The notes: generated from the sequence alone by a model not told the origin. 64,000 bases of DNA from an uncultured Candidatus Saccharibacteria bacterium (GCA_964421635.1 CAYQWZ010000003.1:65712-129711), one strand, 5' to 3'. Positions 10,201-19,261 are shown, counted from the first letter of the stretch. Numbers and translations are program-made.

Positions 10201-10869
10201 AATACAGGTCAAAACATCTTGCGCCTCCGCATCTTCTGGGTGCACATAATGAGAGTCGTTGGTGGCAATTAATCCTAACTTTAATTCTCGCGCCAACTCT
10301 ATTAAAATTTTATTGAGTTTAGCCTGCTCCTCTAAATTAGGATGATGCTGCAATTCCAAAAAGAAATTATCAGGGCCAAAGATATCTACATACTCTAAAA
10401 TTACTTTCCGAGCCTCACTCAAAGAGCGCATAGCGGCTCGGGCAACTTCACCTTGCAAACAGGCTGAAGCAGCAATTAATCCTTTAGAATATTTTTTTAG
10501 AGTTTTTTTGTCGACCCGAGGTTTGTAGTAGTATCCGTCTAAATGAGCAATGGTAACAAGGCATAACAGATTCTGATATCCTTCGTTATTTTCAGCTAGA
10601 AGGATTAAATGATAAGGCTTAGTGTCGACGCGCGGAGTCTTGTCATTCAAAGAGCGGGGAGCGATATAAGTTTCAACTCCCAAGATTGGTTTTATTCCCT
10701 TTTCCTTCGCTTTCTGGTAAAACTCAATAGTACCGTACATTGCTCCATGATCGGTTAGGGCAACAGAGTTCATACCAAGCTCGGCTACTCTATCAAGTAA
10801 AGCGTCAATTTTACTTGCGCCGTCGAGTAGAGAATAATGGGAGTGTACGTGTAAATGAGTAAAACGCAT
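7258..10869 (-). CDS. dnaE: DNA polymerase III alpha subunit.
   Basis: 1203 aa. Has an N-terminal PHP domain (HLHVHSHYSLLDGA), polymerase core motifs, and OB-fold tail. Confidence 0.95.
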   Translation of the reverse strand: MRFTHLHVHSHYSLLDGASKIDALLDRVAELGMNSVALTDHGAMYGTIEFYQKAKEKGIKPILGVETYIAPRSLNDKTPRVDTKPYHLILLAENNEGYQNLLCLVTIAHLDGYYYKPRVDKKTLKKYSKGLIAASACLQGEVARAAMRSLSEARKVILEYVDIFGPDNFFLELQHHPNLEEQAKLNKILIELARELKLGLIATNDSHYVHPEDAEAQDVLTCISSGKKVDEPNRLNFLDTDLSITDPKDMAEWFADAPEALTNTQLIAERCNVEIKFGENILPNYPTPEGISEHDYLRQLCEEGVRERFGFNYKVGDLPTDGILPSPDSNDESIPLEKRVADRVDYELSVVENMGFEGYFLITQDFINWARKQGILIGPGRGSAAGSMVGYVTGITDIDPLVYKLIFERFLNPERFSMPDIDNDIQDSRRDEVIDYVRDRYGSDHVAQIITFGTMQARNAVRDVGRALGLPYQECDYIAKLIPFGDNISEAMEHSEELTNNYNSNSQVKKLLDLAKKVEGSVRHTSIHAAGVVVTPGPLYNYVPLQYAARSDQSITTQYEMHAIEDMGILKIDFLGLSNLNTIDLCLKLLRQHRHVEIDIRTLKTDDKKSYQLLSRAESTGVFQLESAGMKRYLRELKPTEFEDIISMVALYRPGPMEAIPDFIESKHGRKIITYLHPALEPILKDTYGVIVTQDQVLQIARDFAGFTYGEADILRKAVGKKIKSLLDEQREKFINGSIKTQNISQALAEKIWNFIEPFARYGFNRAHAACYAMIAYQTAYLKANYPAEFMAALMTSDLHNLDRLAIELAEADQMGLKVLAPDVNESFVDFAVVYDTPEPSPKRTGNVIRFGLGAIKNVGVDVSAEIVKEREKNGKYKSLTDFLIRLGSQKVNKKVVENLAKAGALDSLEDRNRVLEGMPAILDFISAVHKNSSVGQEGLFGDEEEGAQFKLDLPDVPAIDNRTKLDWERELLGIYLSDHPIKEVAKKLGAEVQPLSEINAKLHNQKVRVVGLISDIRTIMTKNDDPMSFIKFEDAATSLELIAFPKVHAEHKNKLEVGKILVVDGFVNAKDSRTQVQTKEMKILVEQIYEVEGNELPNLPKFRPQKRRERPKNGWNSNGSGDNNNGNFGQANRFIIEVPNSANKDTLMQLKQILALYPGDKPVALRLPHNGGIKEIATKSTVEINEKLKNQVAEIVGIENVY

Positions 10870-10873
10870 TCAA

Positions 10874-12151
10874 ATGATAATTGGTTACCAACTTGGCCGA
10901 ATAAAAGAACTTTCGGAGCTAGAAATAAAGAGCGTTGTCGCTCGCGATGTAGCTCCCTCCTTGGCACTTTCTATAGTAACGCAGGCGCCATTAACTTTCC
11001 ATACTGATAAATGGTCTACAAGCTGGGGACAACTACCCTCCGAGCGCATAGCTAGCACATGCTCTGAGGCTTTGTCAAATCAAATTCTTACTCTGGGAGG
11101 GACTATCAGAATTTACGAATTGCTAGCTAATGGCCGAGAAATTGAAAAGTTTTTAATTGAATCAAATACGCTAAAAAATATTGCTAAAAAAATATATTCC
11201 AAGTTAGCTCGCACGCCTAATAAAATGAATATCGGATTATCTGTTTTGAATGGAAATATTAAATTTGCCCAGCTGCGCACAATTATGCAGACCATAAAAA
11301 AGGAAGCAAAAAGTGAAGGGCAATCAATTCGTATCGTCATGCCCAAAGATCGACACTGTGAGTTGAATGCAGCCTCAGTGGTTAGCAATAAGCTGCTCAC
11401 TAAGGGTTATGAAATTGTTTTTATACCGACTGGAAAAAATAATTATTACTATATAGGATTAACCATAGCCATTCATAATCCTGATAGAGATGCGTGGTTG
11501 GATTTTGAAATTCCTCGGCCCGATGCTAGAAGCGGAATGTTACCGCCCAAGCTAGCGCGTATGATGGTTAATATCGCCGTTGATGGAGAAAAAGATGTAA
11601 CAGTTTTTGATCCTTTTTGTGGCAATGGCCGAGTGTTGCTCGAAGCGCTGCTTTTGAGATATCAGACATTTGGTCGTGATATAGATAGAGAAAAAGTTGA
11701 TTCTACCAAACAAAATATAGGTTGGCTAAGAGACAATGTGTCTACTAAGTCTTGGTTTTTGGGCGGGCCCCTACCAGACGCGCAGGTTTTTCAAGGGGAT
11801 GCTCGCGAGCGAGCTAAAATTAATGTGCCAAAACCCAATGTAATGGTGACAGAACCATGGCTGGGCCCGCCCCTTAGAGATTATCCTGAGCCAAATGTTG
11901 GGCGAAAAATTGCCTCCCAAGTTGAAGATCTGCTAATAGCCTCTATTCCTAATTTAGTAGCGGTGCAATCGAAAAGAATTGTGATGATTGTTCCGAGGTG
12001 GAAGCTAGCTGGCAAAGAAGAGCTATCAATAGCTCAAATTATACTTGACGAATTTATTAAAACGGGTTACGATGGCTCTTGTATTGCGAATGTAGGTCGC
12101 GATGATTCTTTTTTGACTCGAGAAATCCTACTCATGAATAGAAACAATTAA
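10874..12151 (+). CDS. Putative SAM-dependent RNA methyltransferase (UPF0020/Trm11/RlmL-like). The start is uncertain.
   Basis: Motif I VFDPFCGNGRVLLEA and a downstream EPWLGPP (DPPY-like) motif. The N-terminal 230 aa are uncharacterised. The start codon lies 4 nt from the divergent dnaE start. Confidence 0.45.
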   Translation: MIIGYQLGRIKELSELEIKSVVARDVAPSLALSIVTQAPLTFHTDKWSTSWGQLPSERIASTCSEALSNQILTLGGTIRIYELLANGREIEKFLIESNTLKNIAKKIYSKLARTPNKMNIGLSVLNGNIKFAQLRTIMQTIKKEAKSEGQSIRIVMPKDRHCELNAASVVSNKLLTKGYEIVFIPTGKNNYYYIGLTIAIHNPDRDAWLDFEIPRPDARSGMLPPKLARMMVNIAVDGEKDVTVFDPFCGNGRVLLEALLLRYQTFGRDIDREKVDSTKQNIGWLRDNVSTKSWFLGGPLPDAQVFQGDARERAKINVPKPNVMVTEPWLGPPLRDYPEPNVGRKIASQVEDLLIASIPNLVAVQSKRIVMIVPRWKLAGKEELSIAQIILDEFIKTGYDGSCIANVGRDDSFLTREILLMNRNN

Positions 12152-12157
12152 GTAGTT

Positions 12158-12472
12158 ATGGCTCATAAAAAAGCGGGTGGTTCAACTACCTTAGGAAGAG
12201 ACTCACAATCAAAACGCTTAGGCGTTAAAATTTTTGGTGGAGCCAAAGCCAGAGCCGGGTCAATTTTGGTTCGTCAAAGAGGAACAAAGTGGCACGCTGG
12301 TAAGAATGTGCAGAAAGGCTCAGACGACACTTTATTCTCTACAATTGCTGGCATGGTTCGTTTTCAGAAGAAAGCGGTTAATCATTTCACAGGCAAGAAG
12401 AAGTTAGTAACAATTGTGCATGTAGAAAATCTTGTTGCTAAACCAAAAACAAAAGCAAAAGAAACAAAATAA
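12158..12472 (+). CDS. rpmA: 50S ribosomal protein L27 with a C-terminal extension.
   Basis: [28 protein letters not shown]...[11 protein letters not shown]. Confidence 0.9.
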   Translation: MAHKKAGGSTTLGRDSQSKRLGVKIFGGAKARAGSILVRQRGTKWHAGKNVQKGSDDTLFSTIAGMVRFQKKAVNHFTGKKKLVTIVHVENLVAKPKTKAKETK

Positions 12473-13017
12473 TGTCTTTACCAACCCATATTTATCAAGA
12501 GATAACAGCCAAGTTTGGTCGCCAGAAGGTGGCCGATTTGAAAGTGGGCAACACAATTCGAATTCACCAAAGAGTTAAAGAGGGTGAAAAAACTAGAGTT
12601 CAGGTTTTTGAAGGCATCGTTATTGCCATTAAACACGGACACGGTTTAGACGGTACTTTTAAGGTTCGACGCATCGCCGCCGGTGGAGTGGGAGTAGAGA
12701 AGACCTTTCCTTTTCACTTGCCATCTATTGAAAAAATTCAGGTTATTAAGCAAGCAAAAGTTCGTAGTTCAAAGTTATATTATTTACGAGAAAGATTTGG
12801 TAAAAGTGCCCGATTCAGTAATGAAAAAATTACCAATACTACTTGGGAAGAAGAGCTAGATGAAGAGGTCGGAGAAGCCTCTGACGAAAATACAGAGAAA
12901 GAAGAGAAAGCCGAAGAGAAGGAAGAGAAGCCAGCTGATGAAAAGAAGGATCAAGATAAAAAAGAAGCAAAGAAGGATGCTGATGACAAACCAAAAAAAG
13001 AAGAAAAATCTAAATAG
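12472..13017 (+). CDS. rplS: 50S ribosomal protein L19 with a long acidic/lysine-rich C-terminal tail.
   Basis: IRIHQRVKEGEKTRVQVFEGIVIAIKHGHG...FKVRRIAAGGVGVEKTFPFH, followed by an EEK/KKD low-complexity tail. Confidence 0.9.
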   Translation: MSLPTHIYQEITAKFGRQKVADLKVGNTIRIHQRVKEGEKTRVQVFEGIVIAIKHGHGLDGTFKVRRIAAGGVGVEKTFPFHLPSIEKIQVIKQAKVRSSKLYYLRERFGKSARFSNEKITNTTWEEELDEEVGEASDENTEKEEKAEEKEEKPADEKKDQDKKEAKKDADDKPKKEEKSK

Positions 13018-13351
13018 CAGACAAATTTTAGGGCGAGAAGGAGAGCGGCGGGCAGCCGCTTTTTTGCTAGCCCGCCGCTACAAAATTTTACGACAAAATT
13101 GGCGAATTGCCGGTGGAGAAATAGACATCCTAGCGCAAGACCAAGATGGTACACTAATAGTGGTGGAAGTTAAGACCCGAACCGAGTCTGGTTTCGCTAA
13201 TCCTCAAGATAATGTCGATTTCAAAAAAGTGCAAACACTCACTCGCTTAGCGCGAGCGGTCAGCACTAAAAATCCTGAACGAAATGTACAAATTGATGTT
13301 ATTGAGGTTACTGGAGACAAAATTAATCATATTCAAAATATAACCGTATGA
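12977..13351 (+). CDS. yraN: UPF0102 family protein (YraN-like endonuclease fold). The start is uncertain and probably lies near 13020; the upstream part of the ORF overlaps the L19 tail in another frame.
   Basis: GREGERRAAAFLLARRYKILRQNWRIAGGEIDILAQD...LIVVEVKTR, characteristic of YraN. Confidence 0.65.
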   Translation: MLMTNQKKKKNLNSRQILGREGERRAAAFLLARRYKILRQNWRIAGGEIDILAQDQDGTLIVVEVKTRTESGFANPQDNVDFKKVQTLTRLARAVSTKNPERNVQIDVIEVTGDKINHIQNITV

Positions 13352-14823
13352 GCAAAAAAGTGAGAGTTCGTTTTGCGCCGAGCCCTACGGGCGAGATGCA
13401 TCTGGGAAATGTACGCACCATGCTATTTGAAGCGCTTTACGCTAAAAATCAGGGAGGAGATTTCATTTTACGAGTCGAAGACACCGACACTGAGCGCGAA
13501 GTCAAAGGAGCCACTAAAAAAATTTTACAATCAATGCAGTGGTTAGGAGTAGAGCCTGACGAAGGAGTAATTTTAGAGGATAACAAGATTTTGCAAAAAG
13601 GAGATTTGGGGCCTTATATTCAGTCAGAGCGCAAAAATATTTACCAGAAATTTGCTGAGCAGCTTATTGGTGAAGACAAAGCTTATTACTGTTTCGCTAC
13701 CCGCGACGAGCTTGAAGAGATGCGGCGCGAACAACAGGCTAAAAAAGAGGCGCCGCATTATGATGGCCGTTTCCGCGAGCTAGACAAAGTCGAAGCAGCC
13801 AAAAAAGCGTCTGACGGGGAGGAGCATGTAATCCGTCTGAAAATGCCTGAGAAAGGCGAGTTAAAGGTGAAAGATCTAGTATACGGCGAAATAAAATTTG
13901 ATTACAAAGATTTTGACGATCATATTATTATAAAATCTGACGGCTTGCCGACTTATCATTTTGCCAATGTAGTAGACGATCACGAAATGAAAATCACGCA
14001 TGTTTTTCGCGGCGAAGAATGGATTTCTAGCTGGCCGCGCCATGTCGCCGGTTATGAAGCTTTCGGTTGGAATCCTCCAACTTATGCGCATCTGCCTCTA
14101 ATTTTTGGATCCGACAAAGCTAAGCTCTCCAAACGCCACGGTGCCAAAACGGTTATGCAGTACAAGCAAGAAGGATATCTCCCAGAAGCGGTGGTCAATT
14201 ATTTAGTCTTTTTAGGCTGGAGCCCCAAAACGGAGCAAGAAATTTTCAGCTGGGAAGAGCTTGGCAAAGTTTTTGACTCAAAGGGAATAAACAAGGCTAA
14301 TCCTATATTCGATGAAGTCAAATTAGATCACACCAACGGATTATACATTCGTATTTTGGAAGTGAAAGATTTAGTTAGTCGAGCAGCTGACTGGTTGAAT
14401 GAAGCGGGCATTCCAAGCGGTGATGCAGATTTATTACAAAAAGCAGTGGCTACCGTGCAGGAGCGTGCCAAAACTTTGGCCGAAATTCCCAATTTAATTC
14501 GATATTATTTTGTGGAGCCAGAATACAACGCCAACTTGATTCGCTTTAAAAAACAGACAAACGAAGATTGCGCTCGGTTGTTAGACTTGGCTTCTGAAGC
14601 GCTATCTGACATAAAAGAGAAAGATTGGAACCTAGATAATATTGAAATAGCCTTGCGAGCGAGAATTGAACAGGCCTCTGTCAAAGTGGGGGAGATGCTG
14701 TGGCCCGTTAGAGCGGCGCTAACTGGTGAGCAAGCCAGTCCCGGTGCTTTCGAAGTAGCTGAAGTTTTGGGTAAAGTGGAAACAGAAAAAAGATTAAGAC
14801 AAGCTATTCAAGCTTTGAAATAG
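13348..14823 (+). CDS. gltX: Glutamyl-tRNA synthetase.
   Basis: HIGH-class motif (PSPTGEMHLGNVRT) and KMSKS (KLSKRHGA). About 490 aa. Confidence 0.9.
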   Translation: MSKKVRVRFAPSPTGEMHLGNVRTMLFEALYAKNQGGDFILRVEDTDTEREVKGATKKILQSMQWLGVEPDEGVILEDNKILQKGDLGPYIQSERKNIYQKFAEQLIGEDKAYYCFATRDELEEMRREQQAKKEAPHYDGRFRELDKVEAAKKASDGEEHVIRLKMPEKGELKVKDLVYGEIKFDYKDFDDHIIIKSDGLPTYHFANVVDDHEMKITHVFRGEEWISSWPRHVAGYEAFGWNPPTYAHLPLIFGSDKAKLSKRHGAKTVMQYKQEGYLPEAVVNYLVFLGWSPKTEQEIFSWEELGKVFDSKGINKANPIFDEVKLDHTNGLYIRILEVKDLVSRAADWLNEAGIPSGDADLLQKAVATVQERAKTLAEIPNLIRYYFVEPEYNANLIRFKKQTNEDCARLLDLASEALSDIKEKDWNLDNIEIALRARIEQASVKVGEMLWPVRAALTGEQASPGAFEVAEVLGKVETEKRLRQAIQALK

Positions 14824-14917
14824 GTAAGAAATATTTAGAAAATATTTCAATTTAACCTGATATTTTAGGACAAAATTGCCGATAGGCAGTTTTTTTGTTG
14901 ACAAATAAAAACAGTAA

Positions 14918-14957
14918 GTGTAACTTATACACATAAGACATAGTGTAGCAACTACAC
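14918..14957. promoter_or_regulatory. Two tandem 15 bp palindromes GTGTA-N5-TACAC (aAGTGTAacttaTACACa and tAGTGTAgcaacTACACTa) 30-70 nt upstream of pnuC. Candidate NrtR operator.
   Basis: Inverted repeats read directly. The same AGTGTA/TACACT half-sites recur as the perfect palindrome AAGTGTACACTT upstream of the divergently placed Nudix regulator gene. Confidence 0.4.
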
Positions 14958-14988
14958 TAACAACAAAAAAATAAGTAACAAAAAAACT

Positions 14989-15684
14989 ATGGATGCAATA
15001 TTGAGCTTGTTAGATGTAAACCAAACGCTATTTACCGTCTTCGATTACCCTATGAGCTATATTGAGTTCTTCGGTACTATGTTGAATCTAATAGCAGTTT
15101 GGCTAGTAGCAAAAAATAATATTTGGACCTGGCCAATAGGTAACATTGCGGTTGTGCTGTTCGGAATTTTATTCTTCCAAATTCAGCTATATTCAGACTT
15201 CTTCGAACAAATTTATTACCTAATTACCGGTTTTTACGGGTGGGCAGTATGGCTAGCTTTGAGAAGAAACAAGAAAGATAAAACGAAAAATGACGAAGAC
15301 GATGTCATTACCTACAACACGCAAACGAATAATATGCGCTACTTAGGAGTAATTGCCATTGGCACACTAGTAATGGGTTACCTAATTAGCAATATCCACA
15401 TATATTTGCCTCAGTATTTCGTTGAACCGGCAAGCTATGCTTACTTAGATGCCTTCACTACCGTTATGAGTTTCGTGGCTAATATATTGCTAGTACATAA
15501 GAAAATTAACGCTTGGTATCTCTGGATTTTTGTTGATATCATCGGCATCTGGCTGTACTTCGTCAAAGGTGTGGTCTTCGTATCCTTGCTATATCTTGTC
15601 TTCTTATTCATGGCTACCAAAGGATTGCTCAACTGGAGAAAGATTTATCTTAAAAACAAGGCTGCTAAATTACAAACATCATGA
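14989..15684 (+). CDS. pnuC: Nicotinamide riboside transporter PnuC.
   Basis: Seven TM helices, a PnuC-like WTWPIGN motif, and translational coupling (ATGA overlap) to the downstream NMN adenylyltransferase / ribosylnicotinamide kinase gene. Confidence 0.8.
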   Translation: MDAILSLLDVNQTLFTVFDYPMSYIEFFGTMLNLIAVWLVAKNNIWTWPIGNIAVVLFGILFFQIQLYSDFFEQIYYLITGFYGWAVWLALRRNKKDKTKNDEDDVITYNTQTNNMRYLGVIAIGTLVMGYLISNIHIYLPQYFVEPASYAYLDAFTTVMSFVANILLVHKKINAWYLWIFVDIIGIWLYFVKGVVFVSLLYLVFLFMATKGLLNWRKIYLKNKAAKLQTS

Positions 15685-16652
15685 CAACAGGATTAGTAGT
15701 GGGAAAATTTTATCCTTTTCATAAGGGACACAAATATCTTATCGAAACTGCCAAGAGTCAGGTTGATAAAGTAACGGTATTGGTTTGCCATAAGGAGGGG
15801 CAGGTTATTCCGGGAGCTGAGCGAGCTAGATGGATTAGAAGAGATGTTGGTGGGGTTAAGGTAATGGTGATTCCTGATGTATTGCCAGACGAGCCATTAC
15901 CTTGGGCTAAATATACGCTAAAAGTTTTGGGCTTCATTCCTGACTTTGTATTTACCTCGGAGGATTACGGAGAGGAATATGCCAGATTGATGGGCAGTCA
16001 GCATATCTTAGTAGATAAAAAGCGTGCTAAAATTCCGGTGTCGGGAACGAAGGTTAGAAAAGATCCTTATGCAAACTGGCAGTATTTAACGCCGTCTGCT
16101 CGGGCTTACTTTGCCAAAAAGATATGCGTCGTAGGGGCTGAATCAACTGGTACGACTACCATGGCACAAGCTCTAGCAAAATATTACAAGACAGTTTGGG
16201 TGCCCGAATACGGTCGGTTTTATTATGAAGGTAGAATGCATCTGGCTAACTCAAAGTGGAAGACTGATGATTTTGAACACATAGCCAAACAGCAGAATCA
16301 ATTCGAAGATAAACTGGCTTCTATTAGCAACAAGATAGTTGTCTGTGATACCGACTCATTTGCCACCAATTTATGGCATGAACGATATATAGGGAAGGTG
16401 TCAAAAAGAGTAGCCAGATTTAGCAAAAACAGACACTACGACTTATATTTAGTCACTGACGACTCTATTCCCTTTGTGCAAGACGGGACGCGTGACGGAG
16501 AAAAGATTAGGCATCAAATGCACGAGCGTTTTATTGAGGAGTTAAAAAAAGCCGGTAAGGATTATATTATTCTAAAAGGCAACCATAAAGAGAGACTAAA
16601 TAAAGCTATCAGTGCATGCAATGAAAAGATGTTAGAGTCCGTTTTTGCTTAA
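15681..16652 (+). CDS. nadR: NadR-type bifunctional NMN adenylyltransferase / ribosylnicotinamide kinase (no HTH domain).
   Basis: HxGH nucleotidyltransferase motif (GKFYPFHKGH) plus a P-loop (VVGAESTGTTT) kinase domain. Confidence 0.8.
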   Translation: MTTGLVVGKFYPFHKGHKYLIETAKSQVDKVTVLVCHKEGQVIPGAERARWIRRDVGGVKVMVIPDVLPDEPLPWAKYTLKVLGFIPDFVFTSEDYGEEYARLMGSQHILVDKKRAKIPVSGTKVRKDPYANWQYLTPSARAYFAKKICVVGAESTGTTTMAQALAKYYKTVWVPEYGRFYYEGRMHLANSKWKTDDFEHIAKQQNQFEDKLASISNKIVVCDTDSFATNLWHERYIGKVSKRVARFSKNRHYDLYLVTDDSIPFVQDGTRDGEKIRHQMHERFIEELKKAGKDYIILKGNHKERLNKAISACNEKMLESVFA

Positions 16653-17341
16653 GCGAAATATACGAGTTTGCGGTTTTTAAAATGGTATAGTTCGGCGGGT
16701 CTGTGAGATCCGTCGAGCTGTTTTTTGCCTGTTTTAACAAATAAATTTAGAGAATGCATTTTCTTTCTAAAATTTCGTTTGTCTAATTTTTTGCCCAAAA
16801 CTATCTCATAAGTGGCTTGCAGCTGGCTCATAGTGAAATCTTTCGCTAGTAATCCTTTTACAATATTACTGTAATAGAGCTTGCTTCTTAGTCTTTGAAG
16901 TGCATACTGAATAATTTCTTGATGATCGAATGCTAGGTCGGGTAATTTTTTAATACTGTGCCAAGCGGCGGCTGAAGCGTCTGTAGTAGGATTTAATTTG
17001 CTATTGGTGTTAGGCATCAAAGCAAAGTAGGCGACTGTGATGACTCTAGTTCGTGGGTCTCTATCTATTTTGCTAAAGGTGTATAGCTGTTCTGAAAAAG
17101 ATAGGGAAAGGCCAGTTTCTTCTTTTAACTCTCTAGCGGCGGTTTGCTCTAAAGTTTCTTTTGGCTTAACAAATCCTCCTGGCAGAGCCCAATGATTTTT
17201 GTAGGGCCAAATATTTCTTTTAATTAAAAGTGTTTTCAGATCATTATTCTCAATGCTAAACAAGACAATGTCGACTGTTAGTGAAGGGCGGTCGAACACC
17301 GAAGCGTCATAATTATTCTTGTTCAGAGATTGTTTTTTCAT
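16649..17341 (-). CDS. nrtR: Nudix-related transcriptional regulator (NrtR-like). It has a Nudix domain plus a C-terminal winged-helix-like domain.
   Basis: Nudix box GGFVKPKETLEQTAARELKEETG. The roughly 90 aa C-terminal domain (LAFDHQEIIQYALQRLRSK...) and its position next to pnuC-nadR with shared palindromic operators support the call. Confidence 0.6.
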   Translation of the reverse strand: MKKQSLNKNNYDASVFDRPSLTVDIVLFSIENNDLKTLLIKRNIWPYKNHWALPGGFVKPKETLEQTAARELKEETGLSLSFSEQLYTFSKIDRDPRTRVITVAYFALMPNTNSKLNPTTDASAAAWHSIKKLPDLAFDHQEIIQYALQRLRSKLYYSNIVKGLLAKDFTMSQLQATYEIVLGKKLDKRNFRKKMHSLNLFVKTGKKQLDGSHRPAELYHFKNRKLVYFA

Positions 17342-17377
17342 GCTAATTTTAGGTTAGCAGATATTTGGGTTAGTGTC

Positions 17378-17389
17378 AAGTGTACACTT
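17378..17389. promoter_or_regulatory. Perfect 12 bp palindrome AAGTGTACACTT between the divergent nrtR-like and cdd-tdk genes.
   Basis: Read directly. It shares the AGTGTA half-site with the pnuC upstream repeats. Confidence 0.4.
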
Positions 17390-17422
17390 AAGGATTAATC
17401 AAAATAGTGGTAAACTAAGGTA

Positions 17423-17818
17423 ATGAAAAAGCTAATTGAGCAAGCGCAGCAGGCGCAACAAAATTCTTATTCACCTTATTCTAAATATAGGGTGGGGGCG
17501 GCTATCTTAACTGCAAGCGGCAAAATATATAACGGATGCAACGCGGAAGTCGCTTCATTCACAGGCACAGAGCATGCTGAGACGGCGGCCCTAGCTTCTG
17601 CTATAACTGCGGGCGAGGCCAAACAAAATGTAAAATTTATTAAGGTGGTAGCGGTAGTGACGAAAGATGGGGCGCACCCTTGCGGAAGTTGCTTACAAAG
17701 ATTAGCCGAACACGCTGATGATTTTAAAATAATTGTGGCCAATGATAAAGGAGAAATTCTAAACAACACCACGCTCAAAAAAATGCTGCCAATTCAATTT
17801 AAACTCGAAAATGCTTAA
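17423..17818 (+). CDS. cdd: Cytidine deaminase (tetrameric type).
   Basis: Zinc ligand motifs HAE (GTEHAETAAL) and PCGSC. 131 aa. Confidence 0.85.
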   Translation: MKKLIEQAQQAQQNSYSPYSKYRVGAAILTASGKIYNGCNAEVASFTGTEHAETAALASAITAGEAKQNVKFIKVVAVVTKDGAHPCGSCLQRLAEHADDFKIIVANDKGEILNNTTLKKMLPIQFKLENA

Positions 17819-18359
17819 ATTAGTGCTTGGTCCTATGAAGAGCGGGAAATCCTTCGCGCTAATTAACAAGTTTGCTCCGCTAGCTTTTTCAGATAAAACT
17901 TTTATGCTGTTTCAGCCCAAAATTAATGTGCGGGAAGATGAGATTAAATCTCGCAACGGGGTCAAGCTGCCAGCCAAAAAGATTGCTAAGATAGCAGATA
18001 TACTGAGTGTCAAACCGGTACCCGAAATCATTGGTATAGATGAAATCCATCTGTTTGATGGCGATGACATCGCGGCGATTGAGCAGCTGCTAAAACAAGG
18101 CCACGAAATTTTTGCTGTCGGATTAAATGTCGATTATCGGGGAAAAATGTTTGATATTGTAAAAAGTTTGCTGGAGCTTGTGCCCGATGAGGTAATTTAT
18201 TTGAAAGCGGTTTGTGAAATTTGTCAAAGTACAGAAGCAATTTACAGTCAAATTTGGTTTAAAAGCAAAGTCGTTACTGAAGGATTACCCTCTGTCGTCC
18301 CCGAAGACGGGACTTATGTTTATAAACCCGTGTGTCGAAAATGTTTTAGGAGCAACTAG
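17811..18359 (+). CDS. tdk: Thymidine kinase.
   Basis: P-loop GPMKSGKS, GIDEIHLFD, and a C-terminal zinc ribbon (CEIC...CRKC). Confidence 0.85.
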   Translation: MLKLVLGPMKSGKSFALINKFAPLAFSDKTFMLFQPKINVREDEIKSRNGVKLPAKKIAKIADILSVKPVPEIIGIDEIHLFDGDDIAAIEQLLKQGHEIFAVGLNVDYRGKMFDIVKSLLELVPDEVIYLKAVCEICQSTEAIYSQIWFKSKVVTEGLPSVVPEDGTYVYKPVCRKCFRSN

Positions 18360-18657
18360 CTTTAGAGGTTTGTTCTAGAAATTTTATTCGTCTTCTGTTA
18401 TCCATTACAACGCTATTCAGGGATTGTGAATCTTCTAGCTGGGTTGTTCGGAGTTGCTCTAAGCTCTCTTCAAGATTATCTACTTTTTTATCAACGCTAC
18501 CAAGACGAGATTCAATGCGAGCTCTCTCGGCTTGAGCATCAGTAAAACCGGCTTGCATGTCTTGACGCATAGCTTGCATATCTTGATGCATAGCCTGCAA
18601 ATCTTCATACATGGCTCGAATTAGCTTCATTAAATGTTGGTTAGTAATGCGCTTCAT
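18346..18657 (-). CDS. Hypothetical coiled-coil protein with short tandem heptad-like repeats (DMQAMHQ / DLQAMYE).
   Basis: Repetitive atcttgatgcatagcctgca-like DNA repeats. Predicted helical protein with no motif match. Confidence 0.35.
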   Translation of the reverse strand: MKRITNQHLMKLIRAMYEDLQAMHQDMQAMRQDMQAGFTDAQAERARIESRLGSVDKKVDNLEESLEQLRTTQLEDSQSLNSVVMDNRRRIKFLEQTSKASCS

Positions 18658-18705
18658 GGTGTATTAATTATACGCAGAAACAAGATTAAGAAAAGATTAA
18701 CTGAG

Positions 18706-19194
18706 TTACAACTTTTTTACCAAGCGGGTGCTGAGAGGTTGAAACTCGTTTTTTTGATAAAGATTTAGAGCTTCTTCATTGTCGTTATATACGGATACAG
18801 ATAGGTAATCGCGATTTTTTTTGATTGACCAGTCAATAGCAGTGGCAATTAAAGATTTCCCAACACCTTTATTTTGGTGTTCAGGCAGGACATATAAATA
18901 CTCAATATTTGCTTGTTTTGAACCATAATGATCGTCAGCTGCCTGAACATTATCAAATTGAACTTCGGCAAAACCGATGATTTGTTTCTCTACTGTGGCG
19001 ATAAAAATTACAGCTTTGCGATCTTCAAGTAAGCCAATATAATCACTTCGTTTAATAAAAGTTTTTACTAATCGCTCCTTAAAAATGTTCGGTAGTAACT
19101 GGTGATGATACTTTTGCCATGCACAATAAAGCCGATTAACGGCAGGATAATCTTTTTCTCTGGCGGATCGTATTTGGAAATTTAACTTATTCAT
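18706..19194 (-). CDS. GNAT family N-acetyltransferase (copy 1 of a tandem paralog pair).
   Basis: GNAT motif A region (EYLYVLPEHQNKGVGKSLIATAI). The N-terminus NFQIRSAREKDYPAVNRL is paralogous to NFSIRPAESGDYKAVNRL in the downstream copy. Confidence 0.8.
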   Translation of the reverse strand: MNKLNFQIRSAREKDYPAVNRLYCAWQKYHHQLLPNIFKERLVKTFIKRSDYIGLLEDRKAVIFIATVEKQIIGFAEVQFDNVQAADDHYGSKQANIEYLYVLPEHQNKGVGKSLIATAIDWSIKKNRDYLSVSVYNDNEEALNLYQKNEFQPLSTRLVKKL

Positions 19195-19261
19195 ACAAGC
19201 ACTTTATAGTTTTGGGTGTCCGGAGTCAACCGGACACCCTCAAGCGGAAGGCCGAGTCGAG

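Noticed and set aside
12860-12976. N-terminal KR-rich part of track ORF 12860..13351
   Set aside because: This is the +1 frame of the L19 acidic/lysine tail (low-complexity AAG/GAA repeats). Only the YraN-like C-terminal part is credible.
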